Below are positions 11,521 to 23,700 of a stretch of 64,000 bases of DNA, piece after piece (the first letter of the stretch is position 1; each line of letters opens with the position of its first letter). The position numbers and the translations under genes are program-made. Source of the stretch: Nemertoderma westbladi (Eukaryota > Animalia > Xenacoelomorpha). The notes below the pieces were generated by a model, which was not told the origin of the DNA, ran no database searches, and saw only the letters and a list, made by a program, of their open reading frames with translations. The DNA lies in contig JAUCBJ010001849.1 in the NCBI GenBank assembly GCA_032718475.1, positions 51,208-115,207 of the forward strand, written 5' to 3'.

Positions 11521-14264
11521 ATCGGCACCGGTTCTCCGAGTTGCCCCGTCCAGCCATTACCCCCTCCACCGACCAAGCTGACTCCAAAGAACAAGGAAAA
11601 CAAACGACCAAACCCAACAAAATTCATTGCTATTCCGGAAAATAAAGGATAACCAAAAGCGAGGATGGTTATTCCGAAGGCTGCTAAACCTGCGGCTAAG
11701 GATTGCAGCAGTTCCCCTCTCCTACTTACTCGACAATCGTACACAAGACGTATTGCTAGAAGGGAGTCGCTTGGGCTGCAACGCAAACCATTGTTAGTCG
11801 AGTCATCGAAAAAGGGGCGCGGAGTCAAGAGTAAATTCGCACTGAAACCCGAACCAACAGACTGTATAATCCGTGGAGAGATCAACTCGGACTTTATCAA
11901 ACTAGATAATTCAGTCAACACAAGCAATGTCTATGAAGCATTGAGCTCGCCTACGAACTCCACTGGTTCGTTACCGCAGTTGCCCGACACCAGCGTTCAG
12001 TTCGATGCGGAATTTGCCGGAACCGAAAAGAGCGATGCGAACAAGGGAATAAACAGCTGCGAGTTCCACCCCAATTCGTTAGCCAAACTCGATCCCGAGG
12101 AACTAAACTCCCTCATCAGATCCTATCTGCAAGAAGTCCCCAAGGACCACCCAGCAAACACGATACCCCTCCCCAAAGCACTGGAGACACTAAAACCCGG
12201 GAAATGGCTAAGCGACGATGTGGTAGATGGATTTATGGGGCTGATCCAGCAACACTTTCCCCACACCGCGCCGATCCCCAGCCAACTCGCAAAACAGCTG
12301 CGATCGCCAGGCTGCGACCAACTAGTTGCTGGGAAATACGTGGCGCCTCGGTACCTTGGCTTCTACCAGCCCGCAGCCCCACGATCCTCTTTCTTCCAGA
12401 ATGCGTCCACGACCACTTTATCCTCCATGTCGCCGACACAGAGGAGAGAATCGTCTACAGTCTAGATTCCCTCCGGCCCTCGATGCCAACCAAAATAACG
12501 TTCGCCCTTGTAGATGTTTTAAATAAGATCAATGAACTCGCTCCATCGAGAGAAGTTACAAAAACAGCCCAATGGATGGTCGGGACTAAGAATTCATCTT
12601 TCTCCAAACAATCGAATGGTATCGACTGCGGTATCTACAGCTGCCTATATGCGCTGACAGTCGCCCAGAATAAGCCGCAGATCCCGGCTATTCATTACGA
12701 CTCCAATAAATCCCGTAACTGGGTACATGATTGCTTCATTAAATTCAAATTAGTAAATGACCACGCCATAGATATCGATTTTACATACACTCCTGATGCC
12801 GCTAATTACACCAAAACAAAAGACAACGTTGAAACACAACAAACTGTACTCAGTGAGCTACACAACATAGCTCAGTTCCCCAGGAAAGATTCCATCAAGA
12901 TGTTTTCGGAAAAATTAACGATCGGACAGATCAGTGAAATCCGTCAAGATTTATTTGAAAGCATCCTCAAGCTGACAACCCCAGTTCAGCAGGCTTCTCT
13001 CCAGCTGCAGCCACGGACAAGCGCGAACGCCTTGGCGACAGACCTTCTGGAACTCCTGCGCAGCCAATCTAATGGCCTATTGACCGAACCATGCTGAAAA
13101 CGTCTACGTGTATTCAACATCACGAATGAAAAAGGTGTAACTTTAGAAGGCCTTAAAAACGACTTCATCTCTGCAGTGTCTGCGCTGCAAGCTCGTATCT
13201 GTATTGTCGAGACTAATAACACAAAACTCAACGAACGCCTATGTACTGTAACCAACGAACTTAGTATTGAAAGGCACAAATGGATCATAATAGAGAACCA
13301 ACTAGACAAACTGAAATCGAAACAGTCACCTATGGATAATAAATCAAATCAGCTGATAAATAACGTAGTACGAACAACAATCATACCCTCCATTAATAGA
13401 CACCCAGATCCGGATGCATGGGCCGATAACTCTGACAAAGACGATGATGAATATTTAATCGTTGATGCCATCGAATCTCCGCCAGCTAAGCTTAAAACTA
13501 ATAACCCGCCTACATACAAAGACCAGTCACTTAAAGAACCCAGCATCCAAACCAACGACAGGGAATGGACAACTGTTGGCCCGAGAAACAAGAAATTAAT
13601 AGCAGCCCACATTGAGTCAACCTCTGCTCCCCTACAAAGCAATAAATATTCAGCGACTCATAGCCAAACCAACACAAAAAAACCCCAATCCGATCAGAGA
13701 CCAGCACTAAAACTACAGTGTGCGGAGTCAAGAAAACTGCAAACTCTATTCATCAACAGAATTTCTCGGAAAAATAATGAGGATGATATCATAGAATATC
13801 TGCGGGTTCGTAAAATACTGGTCCATCGTATAACAACTAGAATATCCCGGGACTCAATCAAAATTATATTAATAGTGGACCAAGAAGACTCGGTGATGGT
13901 TAAACAAGCCGGTTTCTGGCCGGATGGAATAACATGCCGCGACTGGCAGTACAACACCAGATACGTGGAACAACAACACCGACATCGCAACGATCGTGAT
14001 TACCACGGACAAACCTCGCGGCGACGAGCCCCTAACGTGGGGTACAAGTGGGATCGCAACCAAAAAGCGCAACCCCAACAACATTCGCCGGAACGTGGTT
14101 TGCCCAAACAATCGCCATGGCACCAAGATCACAATGATCAACATACAAGGCATCGAGATCCCCACCAGTATTCTCGCGAATGTGGCACTTATTATCAATC
14201 TCCACTTGAACAGGATCGATACGCACAACGCCCGAGCAAACGCACGCTGAGGTATCGGGTTTAA
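11521..14264 (+). pseudogene. LINE ORF1 (~900 codons): low-complexity N-terminus, Ulp1/C48 protease, coiled coil, RRM-like domain; disrupted
   Basis: Track ORFs 11665-12465, 12204-13097 and 13176-14264 join via a frameshift near 12375-12385 and an in-frame TGA at 13095-13097; there is also an upstream in-frame TAA at ~11650. Motifs: LKPGKWLSDDVVDGF, HFILHVAD...YSLDSL, QSNGIDCGIY, and the LINE ORF1-type ending LFINRI...FWPDGITCRDW. Confidence 0.82.
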
Positions 14265-14301
14265 CCCGCACAAAACCCAGGATAGCGGAAACAGCAAACC
14301 A

Positions 14302-17300
14302 GTGAGATTTAGCACCTTCAACACCAGAGGTTTTTCAGGCAACACCGAATATATTGACAAACTGCTTGGTGAGTGTGACTTTCTCGCTCTCCAGGAACAC
14401 TGGCTGGACGACTTGGAATGCAAAACCGTTCTAGAACCCCTGAACGACAAGTTCCACTGCGTATATGCGGTCAGCCCTCTGATGGAGAACCAATACTGCA
14501 AACGTGGTGCTGGTGGGGTCGCGCTCTACTTTAGGAAGGACCTGGTGCGGACATGGTCATGGGTGGATGGCAGTGATGGTATCGTCGGTATCATTGCTAA
14601 CCTGAACAATTGCAATCGGTCTATTATAGCGCTATCATGCTACGCACCAGACCAATCCAAGGACGCAGCCCTGTACGACAGTTTTCTGGGTCGCATACAC
14701 TCGGAAGTTACTCGGTATTCGGGATGTACCCCCATATTACTAATGGACTGTAATGCCGACTTGGGAAACCTGCAGGGATCAAGAGGTCAGTTATCGAGTA
14801 AAAAGGCGAATACCAGAGGGCTACATCTCGACAGCTTCCTCAACAGCAATGGTTTGTGTGTCGCCGACACACACAGCCCGTTTACTGGGCCAATAATAAC
14901 GTTTCGCGGTCAAGGCCAAAATACCAGTTCGTATATTGACCACATTGTGACGTCTGCCGACGGTGGTGGGCTCATCCGAAGCGGGTGTGTGTATCGTGAT
15001 GACCCTGCTAACAACCATTCAGACCATGCCGCAGTTCTAGCTACTTTTGATCTCGCAACACCATATGACTACACGGAGGACAACTTAAGGGTCCAAATAA
15101 GTCAAACCGGCGTCAAATAAAATTTAACTGGGACAAAGCCACATCTGAAGGCAAACATAAGTATAAAGAAGCCATAGACGTGGCGATCGCAAAGTTAATT
15201 GATGATACCAGGGGACTCTGTGACATTGATGCAATAAGTAACTGTATGGAATCGTTGCAGAGCTCGGTGGTTGTGGCAGCCACATCATTTATCCCAATAA
15301 TAAAACAGCGGCGGCCCACCACAAACCTTCGCATACGATCGAAGCTCCTATGAGTGAGTTCCAGAACAACACAGGACCTGTACAAATTATGGAGTGTTAC
15401 TGGACTGGACCCCGAGGATCAACTCGGTTCGGCTTTCAAAGAGTCCAAGCGTCGCACGAGGAAGATAAAAAACTTTCTCTCGCGGAACATGGTACGCAAT
15501 TCAACGAATAAATGGTCGAGGAATTTCAGTTCCCATCCCCGCCAATTCTGGTCCAATGTGAACCGAACCAGCACCACAAGTGCACCGCCATCCATGGAAT
15601 CGGTACTGCGATCCCACTACACTACAAAGTTTAGTAGGGACCATGGTCTGAGTGATTCTCTCAGAACCGATTTAAAGGAAGCCTGTGACACCAGCGTTCT
15701 ACCTCAAATATCGCCTCTGGTGGTCAGACGAGCCGTCGCCTCTCTCTCGACAAGAAAATCGCCGGACTTTTCCTCGCTAACTGCCGAGCACATTCTGTAT
15801 ATGAATCCGGAGCCGATATGCGAGCTTCTAGCCGTTATAATAAATACCTGTTTTGAACTGAAACAAGTACCGACGTTGTTTGGCAACTCAGTAATCTCGA
15901 GTCTGTACAAAGGAAAACAGCGGGATCTATTTTGTACAGGGTCTTACAGACCAATTGCCTCGATTAGCATCTGGGCAAAGGTCTTTGAGCGGGTGATACT
16001 TGCAGAGTTTCTGGGCGGTATAAAACTACACGACAATCAGACGGCGTATCGCAGCAGGATTGGGTGCGACATCGCCATAGCTACAGTTCTGGAATGCATT
16101 GAGAGTAACTTAGTGAGAGGGTCCCAATTGTACATCTGCCAGCTAGACATAGAGGCTGCGTTCGACTCCGTGGACTATGTTACATTGGGTTGGAAGATGA
16201 TGGAGTTCGTAAACCCTCACATCGTCGCCACCGTGCTCAATTACTACATGGTCAGCACCTTGTACCTAAAGTTTGATGGCCTGATCGATCGTGACGGAAT
16301 CTCTGTTCGACGAGGCGTTAAACAGGGATCCTTGTTATCACCGATCCTATTCAACCTGTACACAAGAAGCATACTGGACAACCTAGAGGAATCCCATGTG
16401 GGATATACAATCAATTCAATCTGGTTGGGAGCCATATCATATGCGGACGATTTCTTACTAATGACGAACAATCCAAAAGATATGGAAACTCTATTTATGG
16501 TCTTCAGCAAGTCTGCCGATGATATAAAACTGTCGGTCGAATCTAGTAAAATTAAGTGGACGGTATTTTCGAACCAAAGGAATTGCCACCAACCGTCCTT
16601 CCTCCGGCTTGGCAAACCGCTGTTCCCGCGCAGTAAATCCTGGACCTTCCTCGGCTATAACCTAGCCCAGTCGCAGACCAACCCTCTGGGCGCCTCGGCC
16701 CAGAAGATAGTCGCCCTCGCACGGATGTTCCAGGCGAAGGGCTGGACGACCCGGTGGCTGCCGGTGGCGACCGTTGCCAACCTGTGGCGCGCCGTCGCTC
16801 TACCGGCAGCCCTGTACTCATTGAAACTCTACATCGGGGCATTCACTCAAACTGAATTGGGAAAAACTCGACGTGGTTTACAGGAACGCCCTCAGGAGTC
16901 TGCTGTGTGTTGGACCGTACATTGGGAACTCAACACTCTACCACCTAACCCAGCTGAAACCCATCTCGCTGGAGGCTTTCCGGCTATCGGTCGGTACACT
17001 CGTGCGGTACAATGAGTGCCCCAACAAAGCCCTCCAGAGCGCGTTTGCATCCCTGGCAATTGCCAGCCTGTCTGGGAGACTGGGGAGAGGCTCCTACCCA
17101 GGGGTTCTCGGCGGCTACAGAGCCGCCTCCACCAAGCACCCTCTACTACGGCTCGAGTCCATCCTAATGTACCGCTACGCGAAGGACTCCATCGTAAACC
17201 GGATGGTTATGGGCGCGCCGACCTTCACAGATATTGGGAACGCTGATTTCATTGCGGCCTGCTTCGACCTCCAATCGCTGACATTGCGGGAAAAACTGAA

Positions 17301-17331
17301 ACGAATAAAGGAATTTTATGCCATCATTTAG
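14302..17331 (+). pseudogene. LINE ORF2: apurinic endonuclease plus reverse transcriptase; disrupted
   Basis: APE motifs: TFNTRG, LQEHWL, GGVALY, MDCNA, SYIDHI, SDH. RT motifs: SYRPI, LDIEAAFDSV, GVKQGSLLSPILFNLY, YADD. Lesions: frameshift near 15090-15120, TGA at 15351-15353, frameshift near 16860-16875. Confidence 0.95.
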
Positions 17332-17531
17332 TCGTATTTTAATCGGCTTAGATCGATTTTTACTGCTTTTTTAGCCAGGTCATTTTATTCGGAATATTCA
17401 ATAACTGTAATTCAATTGTTTTTATTCATTTGTTTGTCATTTTATATCATATCATTGAAGGACGTATTTTAATGTAGTCAAGCTAGTTTCAATACCAATA
17501 CCAAACTGGAGGTCACCAGAGGTCACATAAT

Positions 17532-17790
17532 GGAAAAACTGAAACGAATAAAGGAATTTTATGCCATCATTTAGTCGTATTTTAATCGGTTTTATATCGA
17601 TTTTTACAGCTTTTTTAGCCAGATCATTTTATTCGGAATATTCAATAACTTTAATTCAATTGTTTTTATTCATTTCACGCTCTATGTCGTGATTAATCTA
17701 CTTATCATTGTGAATTAATTGTAAATGTATGTTGTAAATTTTATTGACCATATTGTCGGCTAGTCCGAATTAAAGAGTATAATATAATAC
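17532..17790 (+). mobile_element. Second, 5'-truncated copy of the LINE 3' end, carrying the terminal hairpin and tail
   Basis: 17532-17675 repeats 17289-17431 with a few substitutions, then continues to the hairpin and tail. Confidence 0.75.
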
Positions 17791-18849
17791 CGATACAATG
17801 CAGCAATAATGTGGCATTGAGAAGTGCGGTTGGCCTATTTCACTTTCAGCCATTCCAGCATTTCCAGATTGCAGAGTACCATGAGATGCCTGTACTCAGT
17901 AGGCTACCGGCACTGCTCACTACTGTTGCTGTATGTGGTAGGCCTAGCTTTCTAGGCTGGTGGTCAGTCAGTCAGTTTGGTACTACTACTGCATTATCTA
18001 AGTATTGGTACAGTACGTGCGGTAGGGTAGAGGGAGTCCTGCAATTGCCTGAGTGATGTCTGAATTGCGATATCGCGACTATTCAGCCATATCATGTACT
18101 GGTACGGCACCTTAATCTTATTAGGCCTAAACATAGGCCTATGTTTTACAGTACGGTACCGGTACTGTTACAGTGGTACGGAGTTACCGGTACCATCTTC
18201 AGGTCGTTGGCGCCACCCACCAATCATGCTCGGCAACGGCAATCATGCAGCCATGGAAGTTTTCAAATTATGTGGACTTAAGACGACTGACATATTGTCA
18301 GGTTGTACCAGCTGACCTTTATTCCATGTCCCGGTATCCACTACTGCACTAGGTACCCCAACAGCCCAATACTGCAATACCCAGCAACGCTTTGGAATTG
18401 TACCGGTACTCAAGCAACTCGCCATCAAGGCCACCGCCTGTCTGTCGCAGTGTCGTTGGCGACCTCGACTTTTGGTATCACTACTGCGCTAGCGCTACGG
18501 GCAAACTGGACTAACCGAGGAGCGAGACCCGAGGACTGAAGAATCCTTCGAATTTTTTGAGTAGTTTGACTGTGGACTTCTATGACATCGATGCCAAGCC
18601 AGCAAGCTGCCAATGCGAAAGTTTTTTTAAAGTAAAAGTTTGGTTAAATTTTCTTAATTGTTTATTTAAATTTCTTAAGTACCGATTTTGGGATAGAATT
18701 GCTCAATTTTAATTTGTATCTAATAACTGACCCTCGTCCTGCGCGATGCCCCTACGAACCTGTTTCCCATCTAATAGGCAATATCAAGAATGCCAAGGAA
18801 TGATGATACTGGAAGTATAGAGTGATGGAATGCATTTTAACTTAATTAC

Positions 18850-19252
18850 GTTTAGATCAATTAAAAACACATTAAAGCAAATCTCTTGAACTAATTAAAA
18901 ACTATAATGGAATGGGGTTTGGGAAATGCAGTTATATAATTTTTAAGTATAATAATTATTTAAATCTTATACTAGCAAATAATTAATATCCTTTAAGAGG
19001 CAGGTTGAAATTGCTGTTTTTACCCTAATCAACTTAATTAACTAATTAACTGCTATTATCTTAGCTTCTCGAAGGCCACACGGAAATTTCTAAACTTTGG
19101 CCAGACTACATGTGTACCAAGTTTGGTTAAATTTCATTAACATTTGGCTGAGTTATTAACGTTTAAAATTGGACACAACAGAACCATAGACAGACCGATT
19201 GAGTTAGTGGTACCTGTATGCTAAGCTCGCTTACTTTCGTCGCTCGCCCCAC
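18850..19252 (+). mobile_element. Dispersed non-autonomous element fragment (Helentron/HINE-like), inverted relative to the copy at 62031-62460
   Basis: Long reverse-complement match, e.g. CTTAGCTTCTCGAAGGCCACACGGAAATT and ATGTGTACCAAGTTTGG. Ends in GCTCGCCCCACA, the same terminus as the element at 20006-20497. Confidence 0.75.
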
Positions 19253-20005
19253 AGTGGCTACACTACACACTACACACCTCTGCAGTAATATAACACTGTA
19301 GGAAAACACTTACTGGTTTAATAGCCGCATGAATGCTTCAAATGGACTAGCTAACGCACAGCTATGGTTTGGATCATTATATATTTCGACAGGCCTTTAT
19401 ATAAAATCGGCCATTTAAACTGGCCGAAGACAAGAATATCAGTATGTAATGTCGTATGATTATTATTGCAGGAAAAAACCCAAGGTTTACAAGGTCGTTG
19501 ATCACGGTAAAACTTGTGTAAAAAAAAATATTCTGATGCCATTCTGGTGCCCCAGAACGAAAAGACCAAGTAGTAAAAATTTCAACCTGATGAATTTTGC
19601 CATTGGTTGGTAATTCTGAAGCTATACTGGTTTTCAAGGCCGCTGAACAGGGTACAACTCCTAAAATACTCAACTCTAAAATGACCCCCCCCCCCCCCCC
19701 CCCCCCAGGGCCAAATAGGGTTTAACACAAATAGTCGGAATTTAGAAGTTAGGCGCGGAAGGGGGTTGAGATAATTACAGTTACAAAGTCATAAAAACAG
19801 TTATAAGTATCAAGTAATTAGTAGCAACGCGTATAATATTTAAATTATTACATAATTGTTTCAATTACATTGTGCAACATGCTCAGTGGCGCAATCAAAT
19901 AATAATAATAACCAATAATCTCATTAGTAAAAAAGAAAACTAAAAATCTGTTCCAGTTTAATTAACGTATAGCAAACCGTCCGCTAATAATCCAAAATAT
20001 TTAGT

Positions 20006-20497
20006 ACACGAAGTGGGGACTTCGCGCAGCACGAAGTTGGCAGAGCCTTAGCGAATTGACACTGTTAGGGGGTAGGTCAATTTATGCAAATAGTCACGTT
20101 GGCCCTCTAGCGGCAGACTGGAGAACTGCAGATGGATTCGCCTCCTTTGAAAGTCACAGCTAATGGTCTAATACATATCTGCCAAGTTTCAGCTTAAACG
20201 GATTAAAAGCAAAGAAATGGGAGGGCATTTAATGTTTAGACATGTGGCCCTCTAGCGGGAGACCATTGCACTGATGGTGTCTGAAAGTCTCTCAAAAATC
20301 TCAACTTTTGCTCATATTAATACCTACAAATTTTCAACTTGGCAGCTTTAAATCCGACAAAGTTATTAGCATCTCAAAATCGTAACGACGACGACGACGA
20401 CAACGACAACGACGACGACAACTATTTGCATAAATTGACCCACCCCCTAACAGTGTCAATTCGCTAAGGCTCCGCCAACTTCGTGGCTCGCCCCACA
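20006..20497 (+). mobile_element. ~490-bp non-autonomous element with ~65-bp subterminal inverted repeats (HINE/MITE-like)
   Basis: 20030-20094 is the near-perfect reverse complement of 20421-20485. It also has a 5' hairpin CGAAGT-GGGG-ACTTCG, two internal degenerate repeats starting TGGCCCTCTAGCGG, and a (GAC)n microsatellite just before the right IR. Confidence 0.8.
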
Positions 20498-20779
20498 AAA
20501 TGCGGCTGAATAGACAATTTGGTTGAAATAATAACTAAGGCGAGTTTCGTTGTTGGAGTGCCAAATGTAAATTATATAATTAAAAGACAATAATATCGTC
20601 TTTAGCGGTAGGTTGAGAAATACACAAACAAAATATTCAAAAGCAAAGCTGAAATGCGCTAAACCAATCGACAAAACCGGTAGGCTCTATGCAGTCAGGC
20701 AGTTATTAAAAAAAAGGTATTTGGTAAACAAATCTGCGATTAATAAGCTAAGGGAATACTAAATAATGGCATAACACGT

Positions 20780-23700
20780 AATCGGGTGTGCGTAATGTGT
20801 GTGAGTAAACAGTATAAGGGATCGGGTGTGCGTAATGTGTGTGAGTAAACAGTAAGGGATCGGGTGTGCGTAATGTGTGTGAGTAAACAGTAAGGGATCG
20901 GGTGTGCGTAATGTGTGTGAGTAAACAGTCAGTAAGGGATCGGGTGTGCGTAATGTGTGTGAGTAAACAGTCAGTAAGGGATCGGGTGTGCGTAATGTGT
21001 GTGAGTAAACAGCCAGTAAGGGATCGGGTGTGCGTAATGTGTGTGAGTAAACAGTCAGTAAGGGATCGGGTGTGCGTAATGTGTGTGAGTAAACAGTAAG
21101 GGATCGGGTGTGCGTAATGTGTGTGAGTAAACAGTAAGGGATCGGGTGTGCGTAATGTGTGTGAGTAAACAGTCAGTAAGGGATCGGGTGTGCGTAATGT
21201 GTGTGAGTAAACAGTATAAGGGATCGGGTGTGCGTAATGTGTGTGAGTAAACAGTAAGGGATCGGGTGTGCGTAATGTGTGTGAGTAAACAGTAAGGGAT
21301 CGGGTGTGCGTAATGTGTGTAAGTAAACAGCCAGTAAGGGATCGGGTGTGCGTAATGTGTGTGAGTAAACAGCCAGTAAGGGATCGGGTGTGCGTAATGT
21401 GTGTGAGTAAACAGTAAGGGATCGGGTGTGCGTAATGTGTGTGAGTAAACAGTAAGGGATCGGGTGTGCGTAATGTGTGTAAGTAAACAGCCAGTAAGGG
21501 ATCGGGTGTGCGTAATGTGTGTGAGTAAACAGCCAGTAAGGGATCGGGTGTGCGTAATGTGTGTGAGTAAACAGTAAGGGATCGGGTGTGCGTAATGTGT
21601 GTGAGTAAACAGTAAGGGATCGGGTGTGCGTAATGTGTGTGAGTAAACAGTAAGGGATCGGGTGTGCGTAATGTGTGTGAGTAAACAGTAAGGGATCGGG
21701 TGTGCGTAATGTGTGTGAGTAAACAGTAAGGGATCGGGTGTGCGTAATGTGTGTAAGTAAACAGCCAGTAAGGGATCGGGTGTGCGTAATGTGTGTGAGT
21801 AAACAGTCAGTAAGGGATCGGGTGTGCATAATGTGTGTGAGTAAACAGTCAGTAAGGGATCGGGTGTGCGTAATGTGTGTGAGTAAACAGCCAGTAAGGG
21901 ATCGGGTGTGCGTAATGTGTGTGAGTAAACAGCCAGTAAGGGATCGGGTGTGCGTAATGTGTGTGAGTAAACAGTAAGGGATCGGGTGTGCGTAATGTGT
22001 GTGAGTAAACAGTAAGGGATCGGGTGTGCGTAATGTGTGTGAGTAAACAGTCAGTAAGGGATCGGGTGTGCGTAATGTGTGTGAGTAAACAGCCAGTAAG
22101 GGATCGGGTGTGCGTAATGTGTGTGAGTAAACAGTCAGTAAGGGATCGGGTGTGCGTAATGTGTGTGAGTAAACAGTCAGTAAGGGATCGGGTGTGCGTA
22201 ATGTGTGTGAGTAAACAGTCAGTAAGGGATCGGGTGTGCGTAATGTGTGTGAGTAAACAGTCAGTAAGGGATCGGGTGTGCGTAATGTGTGTGAGTAAAC
22301 AGTAAGGGATCGGGTGTGCGTAATGTGTGTGAGTAAACATTCAGTAAGGGATCGGGTGTGCATAATGTGTGTGAGTAAACAGTCAGTAAGGGATCGGGTG
22401 TGCGTAATGTGTGTGAGTAAACAGTCAGTAAGGGATCGGGTGTGCGTAATGTGTGTGAGTAAACAGTCAGTAAGGGATCGGGTGTGCGTAATGTGTGTGA
22501 GTAAACAGTAAGGGATCGGGTGTGCGTAATGTGTGTGAGTAAACAGTAAGGGATCGGGTGTGCGTAATGTGTGTGAGTAAACAGTCAGTAAGGGATCGGG
22601 TGTGCGTAATGTGTGTGAGTAAACAGTCAGTAAGGGATCGGGTGTGCGTAATGTGTGTGAGTAAACAGTAAGGGATCGGGTGTGCGTAATGTGTGTGAGT
22701 AAACAGTCAGTAAGGGATCGGGTGTGCGTAATGTGTGTGAGTAAACAGTCAGTAAGGGATCGGGTGTGCGTAATGTGTGTGAGTAAACAGTCAGTAAGGG
22801 ATCGGGTGTGCGTAATGTGTGTGAGTAAACAGTCAGTAAGGGATCGGGTGTGCGTAATGTGTGTGAGTAAACAGTCAGTAAGGGATCGGGTGTGCGTAAT
22901 GTGTGTGAGTAAACAGTCAGTAAGGGATCGGGTGTGCGTAATGTGTGTGAGTAAACAGTAAGGGATCGGGTGTGTGTAATGTGTGTGAGTAAACAGTCAG
23001 TAAGGGATCGGGTGTGCGTAATGTGTGTGAGTAAACAGTCAGTAAGGGATCGGGTGTGCGTAATGTGTGAGAGTAAACAGCCAGTAAGGGATCGGGTGTG
23101 CGTAATGTGTGTGAGTAAACAGCCAGTAAGGGATCGGGTGTGCGTAATGTGTGTGAGTAAACAGTAAGGGATCGGGTGTGCATAATGTGTGTGAGTAAAC
23201 AGTCAGTAAGGGATCGGGTGTGCGTAATGTGTGTGAGTAAACAGTCAGTAAGGGATCGGGTGTGCGTAATGTGTGTGAGTAAACAGTCAGTAAGGGATCG
23301 GGTGTGCGTAATGTGTGTGAGTAAACAGTCAGTAAGGGATCGGGTGTGCGTAATGTGTGTGAGTAAACAGTCAGTAAGGGATCGGGTGTGCGTAATGTGT
23401 GTGAGTAAACAGCCAGTAAGGGATCGGGTGTGCGTAATGTGTGTGAGTAAACAGTAAGGGATCGGGTGTGCGTAATGTGTGTGAGTAAACAGCCAGTAAG
23501 GGATCGGGTGTGCGTAATGTGTGTGAGTAAACAGTCAGTAAGGGATCGGGTGTGCGTAATGTGTGTGAGTAAACAGTAAGGGATCGGGTGTGCGTAATGT
23601 GTGTGAGTAAACAGTAAGGGATCGGGTGTGCGTAATGTGTGTGAGTAAACAGTCAGTAAGGGATCGGGTGTGCGTAATGTGTGTGAGTAAACAGCCAGTA

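Larger units (their letters stand above)
11520..17790 (+). mobile_element. Non-LTR retrotransposon (APE-RT type LINE), near full length, inactivated; clade unresolved
   Basis: ORF1 followed by an ORF2 with AP endonuclease and RT domains, an AT-rich 3' UTR, a terminal hairpin TCGG-CTAGT-CCGA, ATTAAA and a short TATAA-type tail at ~17756-17789. The 5' boundary is approximate and no TSD was found. Confidence 0.92.

Noticed and set aside
12375-13097. Programmed frameshift or stop readthrough in LINE ORF1
   Set aside because: The element has several other lesions in ORF1 and ORF2, so decay is the simpler explanation; a family consensus would be needed to revisit this.
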